Positions 24,664 to 34,266 of a stretch of 64,000 nt of DNA are shown one piece after another (position 1 is the first letter of the stretch; every line of letters begins with the position of its first letter). The stretch lies in NCBI RefSeq assembly GCF_964194025.1, contig NC_134476.1, positions 24,924,001-24,988,000 on the forward strand. Reading direction: 5' to 3'. The notes under the pieces were generated by a model, which was not told the origin of the DNA, did not search any database, and saw only the letters and a list, made by a program, of their open reading frames with translations. This stretch comes from Convolutriloba macropyga (lineage: Eukaryota). The position numbers and the translations under genes were made by a program.

Positions 24664-24880
24664 GTGCGAAGTCAAAGAGTGCAGGAAAATCTAAGAAGAT
24701 GAAATCCTCTCCCTGCAATAAATTGAGGATTGCTACAGGGACTTTTATGCTGGAGAGCAAGGCTTTTTCATCTTTTTGTGCTCTCAAATACCATGTGTTA
24801 TGCAATGACTTCGAGATCACCACAATCGGGATAATGTAGGCCCTGTAGGAGAACATTGGGTTCGAGTTAAAATTTTTTTG
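24664..24880 (+). pseudogene. Antisense accessory gene, exon 3 (remainder of OTU-like domain, apparently frameshifted near 24809)
   Basis: Acceptor attttatatag|, in phase. Reads ...CNKLRIATGTFMLES...KYHVLCND, then stops at 24837-24839, while the -1 frame reads RDHHNRDNVGPVGEHWVRVK. The 3' end is uncertain. Confidence 0.5.
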
Positions 24881-25618
24881 CTTTCATTTGATCATTCTAG
24901 CTCACTGAACTTGGTGATTCATTTAGATTCTTGGTCTGGCTTGGCTATTGGGGCTAGACATTTACGTCTTTTGGGAATATTCTTCTGTTTCGTGTTGGGA
25001 GAGGTACATGCACTCTCCAACAAGTCAAAGTGGGGGTCCAGCACTTCTCCTGCATGTAAAACACAATGAGCATTACAATGCTTACCATTGTGAACCCCTA
25101 CTAGAGTTCCCGTCAAGAGAGTATGTCTTTCTCTATTTTTTTTACTCTTTTTTTGAAAAATTAATCATTTTTTTTTGAATTGAAGTACTGAAGGTGAATT
25201 TGATTCCTCCGGAGTCAACGGAGAAATTGGTCCTCGCGCTGCGAAGCGTTTGAGGAGTGACTCGGACTGAAAGTTGAGTTATGAGAAACTTATATTGAAT
25301 AAATTCAAATTTTTCATTGAACTCAACAGTTTTGACCTCATCACATTTGCGAAGAAACACTGAAGACATCTCAGAATACTCAATCCTTATCGGTTTTTCT
25401 CTCTACAGCTTTGCGGGTGATCATTTCGACGGTTTTTAGTGGCAAAAAGTGCAATTTTTCTCGAAGAAATAGGTGAATATAAAAAGCGCAATGAGATAAA
25501 GGTCAGAAAAAAAGTTCTTCCAAATCAGTTCAAACTTATCGGAATCGAATCTACATGCAAAAATAAGGTCGCAGACTAACTAAATTGGAGAAATTTTTTT
25601 TTTTGAGAATTTTTTTTT

Positions 25619-26033
25619 TCAAACAAAGAAATGAATTTCAAGTGATAACGAGCTGAAAATACCAAGAATAATCTTGCAGACGTGAGCCCAATCTAGACCC
25701 GAGTAGGATTCGAGCTGCTTCATGGCAATTTTTTCCACATTTTTGTCCTGAATGTGAAACTTTAATGTGTTTAAGCCTGCTATCAGGTTTGAATAACTTC
25801 CTGGTTCGAACTCTGTGTCTCTAACAATGAGGTTAAAGACAAACCGCTTCTGAAAGTTATCAAAAACAGATATCACTGATCCTTTGGCGTAACTTCTTGT
25901 GTCTTTTACGTTATCAAAAGAATTGATATTGAAAAATTCTAGGTTGTGAAATTTGTTTTCATTAGAAGTTGTTTGAACTATTGTGTCTGTAAAGTGTCGA
26001 ATATCTGATGTATGGTAATAAACCTGCAATTTA
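25619..26033 (-). other. TARG1/OARD1 (Poa1p/DarG-like) macrodomain at the integrase C-terminus
   Basis: RFVFNLIVRDTEFEPGSYSNLIAGLNTLKFHIQDKNVEKIAMKQLESYSGLDWAHVCKIILGIFSSLSLEIHFF aligns by eye with TARG1 [75 protein letters not shown]. Confidence 0.8.
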
Positions 26034-29000
26034 TTTGCCTCAAGTGTGTTCATGTTGTTAGAACTACTCTGCTCCTTTGCTTTTCTTATTCTGGTTCTAC
26101 AACCAACTGCTAATTTTGTGATCGGTGACAGTTCCTTTGCCGTTGCGGCTGTTCTCGGAGTTGAAGTACTTGTTCCAGGTGCATCAGTTTCACCTAATTG
26201 TTGATTTTTCACTTCTGTGCTTCTTTTGACGTCCAGTTTTGTTGCTCTAGATTCAGCTGCATTAGGATTTTTGATTAGACGTTCCATGTTTTTTCTATAT
26301 GACTGTTTAATATTACTTTGTTTTTCCGATTTCTTCAAGTGCGAATGTGGAATCAACATCTTTCCATCTATTGTACGAACCACATGCGGGTGATCCTTGT
26401 TAGCAGGTGCTGGAGAACGTGTTCCTTTTTTGAATTGTACTTTTCGAGGTTGGGTCTTTGATTGTCTCTCATTGTCTTCAAATAAATTGCGTCCTGTTTC
26501 ACGCTTAATTGATATTGGTGTTTCTGTTTTCTCGTACTCATCGGATTGTGCTTCCTCCTGCGTATTGGCGGGCTCTGTCGTGGTTTGCTGTGGCTCTCTG
26601 TCTGCGTTGTGGCCGTTGAATTGTTCAAATTGTTCAGTTTCACTTTCATTATTGACTTCTGGGAAAAATGGAAGTTCGGCAAAGTTGTCTACGACTTCGT
26701 CATTTTCTTCTATTGGAATGTTAGCCATCTGCTCTCCTTGTAGGTCGCCAGCGTCTTCTGCCGGTTCGAAAGGCTGAGCAGGGACATGGGGAACTATTGG
26801 AGCCACAGCAGGTGCAGGCAGTGCTCCTGCTGCGGCCATTGGGAAAGAGAGTGTGACTGTTGCAGGTGGTTGCTCTGTTTGATCTTCTTGATTTTCTTGT
26901 GGCACGTCGTCAATAAAATGGTGTTCAAGCAGTTTTGGAATTTGTTCATCGAACAATTCTGGTTCTTGTCTGTTTTTTCCCAAAAGAGGATCAGGAACGA
27001 ATTTGTTCGGATCAATGTCATCAAGATCTGATGACTTCACGTTTGTTGTATAGGGTCGAAGTCTTATACGGTGTACGCATTGTGTGAACAAAGTGCCAAC
27101 ATTTCGAATCAGGTAGTTTGAATTTGTTAGTACTCTCTCAATTCGATACAACGGCAGCCAAACAGTCATTGATTTATATCCAAAGTCAGATTGATTCATG
27201 AGCTTTGGGTTAAGTAGCAGGCAAAACGAATTAAGTGCTAGAGGGCTTGAAAGTGCCTTTTCGTCATAGTATGTTCGATACTTATGATAAGCGTGTATTA
27301 ATTTTGACTTATTCTCGGAAAATTTTTGCTGCATAGCATCTTGCAATTGGATAACAAAGTCAGATTTCGGATCAAGATTTTTCAGATTTTTATTGTTGAA
27401 CCTCACATCCAAGGGTTTAATCGGTTCACGACCGTGAAAAATTGATGTGGGTGTGCAACCTATTGACGAATAATATGAGGTATTATGAATGTAGGTTGAT
27501 AGAGGCACATATTTGTGCCAGTTGGACCATTGTTCATTAGTATTGAGTTTAAGAATTCTTTTCAGCGCTCCGTGTGCTCTCTCAACAACACCTACAGATT
27601 GCGCGTGCTTAAGTGTGGCGTGTTTAAGCTTTACTTCAAGCAATTGTGCTAACTCGTGCATTAGATCGGATACGAAACTACTGCCTAAGTCTGACAAAAT
27701 CGTATGCGGTATATAACTGTGTTGGAAAAATATTGATGTGAGCTCTTGTGCTACTCTTTGTGCGCTTACATTAGTGAGTGGTACAGCAAAAAGGTATTTG
27801 GAGAAAACATCAATACCAGTCAAAGCATACTTATAAATAGTTCCACGAAGTGGACCGACTAGGTCGATTTGAAGCATGTCCCCGGGAAAGGACTGTAGTG
27901 ATGATAAGGGTTGCAAAAATGTTTTTAGCGCTTTATTGGAAATGAGTTTTGTCTGTATACATGTTAGGCAATTTTTGATAGCATTTAGAAGATATTCTGT
28001 AAACCCAGGAAAATAAAATCTTTTTCTGAACTCAAAGGCAGTTCTAACTATTCCTATGTGTCCAGCAATTTTCGAATTATGCAATCTATAGATTACCTCT
28101 TTCCAAAGGTGTTTAGGCAGGCAGTACTGGTTGTAGAGAACTTTGCCAGTGTCATCAAAAAACTGTCGATACAGAACATCATTTTCAATTGTTAGTCTAT
28201 TGAATTGCTTAGCGTATTTTTTAAAAAGAGTGCGAATGATGCGTACTTGATATCCTCAACAGTGTTATTTTGTTTCCAAAAGATAACACGCTTTATAACT
28301 TCATCTAATGACTGCTCATGTTTAAGGTCGATAGGATTCAAGCGTTCAGTCAAGTCGTGCAAAAAATCGGCAGGATCATGCATCAAAACTGCATTGAGTT
28401 CTGGACCTTTTGATTTCAAACGAATAAAAGTTTGTATTTCATCGTCGTCGGTTTTTGAACTTTGCTCCTCAATTTGTCTTAAAATTCCATCTGGTATTCC
28501 AGATTGCTTCAACTTATCAAGCATTTCAATGCTGACGTTTGCTTTTTGTTCAAGTAAACACTCGATATTTGCCAATGAACTGAGTGATACGTCAGGCGTT
28601 TTGGCTGTTGACTCAATTTCTATCTCTCTAATTGGCATTCTATCCGTCAACTTTAGTTTCATTGTTTGCGATGGGTCAGTTTGCGACCTCGAAAGGAAAT
28701 CGGCAGCGTAATTTGCTCTGCCAGGAATGTGAGCGATAACAAGGTTGTATGACAAAACACGGTCAAGAAAATTCCATAGCGACGGTGGAATACTTTTTGC
28801 TTGGAAAAATTGGGTTAAACTTTTGTTGTCAGTAAGGACTATTACAGCTTTTTCCGTACCCCAAAGATAATGAGAAAAATGCTCAAGGGCAAAATAAAGT
28901 GCAAGAAATTCCTTATAGTAGACTGAGAATTTAAGCTGAGCGTTATTAAACAGTTTTGAACCAAACGCCACTGGCGCATAAGTTTTTCTGTTCTCATTTT

Positions 29001-31265
29001 TGTTGTTTTTAACATAATCCTCAATCATCAGTACAAAACCGGTGCCAAAATAACTGGCATCGCAGAGTAGAACATACTGCAATCCTGGTTTAGCTAATCT
29101 TAACGTTAAATCAGTTGCTTTTACAAGATCGGTTTTGACTATTTCAAGATGTTTTTCGTGTTCCTCTGTTAAGACAGGTTCAATATCCTTTCTCAGTAGC
29201 TTGTAGAAGGGCATGAGTTTATCTCCCAAATTGGGTATAAAATCACGCCAAAACTGGACAAAACCAACTAAACGCTTTACCTGTTTTGGTGTTCGGGGTA
29301 ACTTGATTGTTTTGAGAAACTTTTCGATTCTTTTGGATTCTGGTTGTATACCTTCTGGTGTTATAATTTTTCCAAGAAACTTGACTTTTTGCGTGGCAAA
29401 TGTACATTTATTTGGTGAAAGTTTAAGACCTGATGTTCTTATGCATTCAAATATTTTTCTGAGACTTGGAATCAACTCATCAAAATTTTTTACTGCGCTT
29501 CCTATGTCATCCATATACTGAGTGCAGATGTTTGCTGCAAGACAAGAATCTAAATAGTGCCTGATAAATGAACTGAATCCTGTTACGGACTTGCTTAGAC
29601 CTTGTGCTTAACACTTGTATGCATAGGTGCGAGAGGAAAAATTAAAGGCTAAAAGTTGGACTGAAAGATCATCCGCCATTTGAACACAGTGGTATGCCTG
29701 CGAACAATCAAGTTTTGTAAAAAAGGATTTTCCTGCAGAGTGATTTGAAGCATCGCTCATGTTTGAGATTGGAAAATTACTATTGATATAGTCATTTCTT
29801 AACAGATGATTGATACGCCTTAAGTCAATAAGAATTCTCAGTTTGCCAGAATCTTTGCGTTGCGCAAATATTGGACTACTGTACTTTGAATGTGATAAGG
29901 TCGTGATCAAATTATAGTAGTGCATCAATGCAAGTTCTACTGTGAGCTCATCTCTCAGGTGTATTGGCGTTTGTTGACTTTGAACATAAACAGGAAGGTT
30001 ATGCTCAGGTGTAAGTTTGATCTTTAACTCTGTGTTATAACCTACATCGAAACGGTGTTTAGCAAATATATCAGAAAATTCCACTAGTAACTTTTCTACC
30101 TGACATTTTTGCTCAAAGGTTAAAACAGAATTTTGCCAATCGAACTTTTCAAGAAAAAGGTCACGATCTTTTGCGTTATTCTTGGGGTCAATTTTTTCAA
30201 GATTTTGAAAGTGCAGAATTTGATCATAAATATCACGCTGCAAAGGAGACAATTTGCTGGGACTGTCACAGGTTTCAGGGGTCGGAAACCAAAGTTTTTC
30301 ATATTCTGGTTTTGGTCTGGTTTGATTCAGAGGCTGAAAGTTTTTTGTTTGAACAAGTTGATTAATTTCAGCTTCCAAGTTTTCGTGGCTTTTCATTTTT
30401 GCCAAAGCAATAAGCTGCGGGTCTACATTAACTAGCTTTTCTGTTTGTTTTTCATTCAAAATTTCAAAAAAGGCGACCTTTGAATCAACACATAGGGTTA
30501 TTTTGTGGTCAGTGATATTAAGTGCTGAAATAAAAACTCTACTTTTCTCATCTAATGTACTCAAGGATGATGTTAGAGCTATTTCCGTTTCGTTTTCAAA
30601 CTGAGTGCAAGGTATTATTACTCCACTGCAATTTTCTAAATTAGGAAAGCTCTTGTCGAGATAACATTCAAGCAATTGATGTGAGTTGGGCTGTAGTTCG
30701 TGTTTTTTACTCAGTAATATTGGAATTTTCTTCAGTTTTTTAGATGTTTGCCTCTTTTTATCTTTTGGCTTTATTTCATTAAGTTGTATTGTCATTTCAG
30801 GTAATTTCAATAAATTATAAGCGGGACTAATGTCGATAAAATTTTTCTTGAAGAAAGGGTTTCCTAAAATGACGGTATTCATTGTTGGAAGAACTAAAAA
30901 ACTATCACTGAAATGATGATTGCCAATTGTGAATTTTACTTTGATTTGCTGTTTTACTACAACTGGGGCACTTGAAGCTAACTTAACAGTGTTATAAGTG
31001 GGAGTTTCTACCTCAAAACAAATTTGTTTTTCCTCGAACTCATTTAATAAGGATAATGGGATAGCGTTTGAGCAAGATCCTGAGTCAATTAAAGCTCTTC
31101 GGCGAAGACTATTATCAAATTTTATTCTAACATAGGAGAGAGTTTCTCCTTCTAGAGGGATTACTGCGCAAATATTATCCTCAATCTGCATGTCTGAGTC
31201 TAATGAAGTATTTACATGTAAAGATTGATTTGATGAGCTGGTATCTAATGGAACTTGTGGCTTAT

Positions 31266-32495
31266 CTAGTTTTTTGAAGACCGTTGAAACGGAAAATTTG
31301 TTCCACCTCTGCGTCCACGTGATCGCATTGAGCAATTAGTTGCCAAATGATTTGGATAACCGCAGATATGGCAAATGATTTGGGCATATTGAGAAACAGG
31401 AACATGTGTTTCCTCAATTGGTTGAAAAACTTGAACAACTGGTTGCTCATTACTTGCTGTTTGTTGTTCTTGGATCGGTTGAAAGTTTTGCGGCGTTGTC
31501 GGCGCAAACTGTGGAGCATTTGGAGTATATTGGAAATTATTTTGAGCAGGGAATGAGAACTGGTTGTTGAAGTTATTGAAACCTCTGTATCCTCTCGATC
31601 TACCATAGCCTCGAAAATTTCCTCGACTTCGGTAGTTTGAATTGTTATATGAACCTCTTTGTCCACGGTTTGAGCCTCTAAAACCATTTCCCCGAAACTG
31701 ATTTCCAAAATTCTGACCTTGTGAAAATTTTTGCTCATCGAAACGTTTATTTTGCTCCTCGACTTGCTTACTTAAAGCGCTCATTCTATTTTCCATAGAT
31801 TCCTGCGTTTGGCTAAGTTTTGATAAAGCATTTATCAAATTATCTGAAATTGTTGGACTCACTTCGTTAAAAGCTCCGTCAATATAGTCCTCTTTTTTGC
31901 AAAGGTCGTGGATGGTCAGTTGCTTCCTAGCCAAGAGGCATGAATCCTCAACTGTTGTGTTGTCTGGTTGTTCCAACAACTTTGCTCTAAGCCAGCTAGG
32001 CATACATTTTTTGAAAAAGCGCTTCGTCTGATTTTGTCTCTCTTGTTGTGCAAAACGTAAATTCTCATCATTTCTAGCATCTACGGCATCTTGAGCCGCC
32101 TGATCCGCTCCGGGTGGATACGCCTCGGGTATGGGATCAGGATAAGCTTTCAAAGTCATATTTTGCAGGGACACAAGAAAATTTTCTGGTGAATCAGTTT
32201 TTGGGTAGAAACGAACATTTTCTAACTTGATTACATGTAACTCTTGCAACTGTGGGTTGCAGAAATGATTTCTTAACGCCGTTAAACTTAGAGCTAAATC
32301 ATTGCGTGTCGCTTCTGGTAAAGTCTGGAAATATCTTAGAGCTGCATCTCTCAGATGCAATTGCAAAAAGTTAGCCTGTTGGGCTCCTGCTACTGCTGCA
32401 ACTCCTATAATGCTTCTTAAAAGATGCTCGAACTCTCGAAAACTTTCTTTATCTGTACCGCTGAACGGTTTTAAGGCAATGTTAGGTTGTGCCAT
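31266..32495 (-). CDS. gag: Gag (capsid-like region, coiled coil, RG-rich segment, CCHC zinc knuckle)
   Basis: 409-aa ORF after the PBS; FSG...LHLRDAALRYF gypsy capsid pattern; CHICGYPNHLATNC knuckle. Confidence 0.92.
   Translation of the reverse strand: MAQPNIALKPFSGTDKESFREFEHLLRSIIGVAAVAGAQQANFLQLHLRDAALRYFQTLPEATRNDLALSLTALRNHFCNPQLQELHVIKLENVRFYPKTDSPENFLVSLQNMTLKAYPDPIPEAYPPGADQAAQDAVDARNDENLRFAQQERQNQTKRFFKKCMPSWLRAKLLEQPDNTTVEDSCLLARKQLTIHDLCKKEDYIDGAFNEVSPTISDNLINALSKLSQTQESMENRMSALSKQVEEQNKRFDEQKFSQGQNFGNQFRGNGFRGSNRGQRGSYNNSNYRSRGNFRGYGRSRGYRGFNNFNNQFSFPAQNNFQYTPNAPQFAPTTPQNFQPIQEQQTASNEQPVVQVFQPIEETHVPVSQYAQIICHICGYPNHLATNCSMRSRGRRGGTNFPFQRSSKN
31269..31275 (-). promoter_or_regulatory. 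gag-pol -1 ribosomal frameshift slippery heptamer A AAA AAC
   Basis: TCA AAA AAC TAG at the gag stop; the -1 frame is the open pol frame (FKKLDKPQ...). Confidence 0.8.
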
Positions 32496-33046
32496 TTTAT
32501 GTGCTCTAAATTTAAGTGTTTTAGCTTTGTAGTGTAGTTGAGTTGGTTGGACAGTGGTTCAACTTGCCGAGGAATTAAGAATTTTTAGTGTAGTCTCTTG
32601 TTTTGATGGCCTTAGACTTATTTAGATTCAAGATTTGAGTAAATGTAAAGGTTTCAAGCTTGATTATTTCTGAGAATCATATTCCTTACTGTGATCAATG
32701 TTTCAAATCAGTTTTGATGATTCAAATCAACAGAATGAAATCAGGAACAGATAGAGGTGTGGCGTTATCATAAAAGCACTGTATTAATTCACTGCACAAA
32801 AGTTGAAATCTAACGAACCCTTGTAGTCACTATGTTGTTGCGTCTGCCTATCAGCGTCAGCTCTGGCCACAGGGATATTGGTCACATGAAATCACAATTC
32901 CACCAAGCTGCAGTTCTCACTGTACTGATTTGAAACTGTACTGATTTGGATGGATACTGCTCGTTGTTCTGTTTTAGCCCTTCAATTCCGAAGTTGACAG
33001 TGGTGAGGATCTTTTCGAAGGTATTGGCTCACTATCCTGTCGATTG

Positions 33047-33064
33047 TCGTCCGTTCTGTCACCA
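33047..33064 (-). promoter_or_regulatory. Primer binding site
   Basis: TGGTGACAGAACGGACGA directly after the 5' LTR; TGG is complementary to tRNA CCA. The cognate tRNA was not identified. Confidence 0.8.
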
Positions 33065-33628
33065 TATCATGTGCTCAAATATTATGTATTCGCTAGTGGT
33101 TGTTCATTTTGGTTGAAGGCAATTCTAGTTGATCAAATCGATTTGTTTACTCGAGTAAACTCTTTCAAATAAAAACTTTTCTGGCAAGAACGAATACGTT
33201 GCTGAATTAACGATGGTTGTTCACAGCATTACAGCTTCAACAATTTAGCGAACAAAAATTGTGCTGAGCACCTATTACAATTTAACGATTTTTCTGTTAT
33301 TATTCACTATTGGATAGCTTTAGCGGTTTGGATCTTCGAATGGGTGAGTCGACAATCACTTCGACAGCTGAAGATCTTCTCTGGTAAAAACTTTATTTCA
33401 GTAATACAACTGTTTATTAGCGAGCAACTATTTTGTCTGTTACAATTTTAATATCTTGTTATTTACAATCAAATATAGGCAAATATTAAACAGATTTTTC
33501 CAAAGTTGATTGGAATTCAGTAGTAAAGTTCAATTATGTAATAATGTGAACAAAATGATGGCATAATAAGAGTTAGTTAAATAACAGTAAAAGGTCAACG
33601 TTTGAACTTGGGTTTGAGCTACGTCATA
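33065..33628 (-). repeat. 5' LTR
   Basis: Direct repeat of 20390-20953 with about 6 substitutions by eye. Followed on the minus strand by the TGG-PBS. Confidence 0.96.
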
Positions 33629-34062
33629 ATGGTGAAGCGAAAAATTGCATAAAAAGACCACAGGACTAATATAATTGCGTTGCAGAGCACTTAAAACAGA
33701 TCACCATTACTCCTCTACGTGTCGTAATATTAAAATAACGCCACTTTACACAATAGTTTCCTTATATAAGTGCTATCCTGAGTTAACTTACCAAATGTGA
33801 TAACTTACCAAATAGGGATTCAAATGTTTCTTTTAATTTCGAATATGAGAAAAATGCACAGACAAAAAGCAGGTTTAATTCCAAAATAATAGCCCAGGTT
33901 GTGGTACTTAGAGTTGACCAAGATTCTACTTCAGTGCAGCTTTGCTCTAATGGTAGCAGTTCCCGCCGTGTTTCTGGAGACATTAAGTGCATTTTTTAAG
34001 CTTTCATTCTTTATCATCAAATGGATCCAGCAAACAGCAGAGTAAAGTTTTTATAATTTAAC

Positions 34063-34266
34063 CTCCTGTTCCAGATGGCGATGTGCCTCCCGGAGACATA
34101 GAGGATGATCCAGCAGGCGTGACAGCAGAGATGTGTGTGGTTGTGGATAACTGGGCGAGAGCCGACTGCTGGTCCGGGAGAAGCACCCGGTGGCAGATTA
34201 AACAGTAGCGCGAGGAGGATATAAGCTGGCCTCTCCTTTGAGAGTTGATCATCCTGGTCATCAAGT
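34063..34266 (-). CDS. VPS41: VPS41 exon (start of RING-H2 finger)
   Basis: Acceptor ccatttttag|, donor |GTTAAA, phase 1 at both ends. Joins the upstream exon as ...DCF-D-LMTRMINSQRRGQLISSSRYCLICHRVLLPDQ, aligning with VPS41 LLKKMHRTQMKGVLVDEENICESCLSPILP. Confidence 0.9.

Larger units (their letters stand above)
25619..31275 (-). pseudogene. pol: pol polyprotein: aspartic protease, RT, RNase H, integrase, long linker and C-terminal macrodomain. One in-frame stop and one frameshift
   Basis: LIDSGS (PR); LDCSQAYH and QYMDD (RT); CDAS, KEFLAL, TDNKSL, ADFLSR (RH); HNSKIAGH..CLTC, QIDLVG, SDLG, VERAH (IN). TAA at 29610-29608 lies within YKC*AQGL; the frame changes at about 28220. Confidence 0.93.
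20390..33628 (-). mobile_element. Full-length env-bearing Ty3/gypsy LTR retrotransposon (endogenous retrovirus-like), 13,239 bp
   Basis: Two 564-bp direct LTRs, ATGGT duplicated at 20385-20389 and 33629-33633, PBS, PPT, gag, pol in PR-RT-RH-IN order, and env. Confidence 0.97.

Noticed and set aside
30450-30730. Region between protease and RT as a possible dUTPase
   Set aside because: None of the five dUTPase motifs is recognisable. It looks like the usual gypsy PR-RT spacer.
26368-32532. Short overlapping and antisense ORFs within gag and pol
   Set aside because: Shadow ORFs of long coding frames. Unlike the gene at 23901 they show no motif or splice support.
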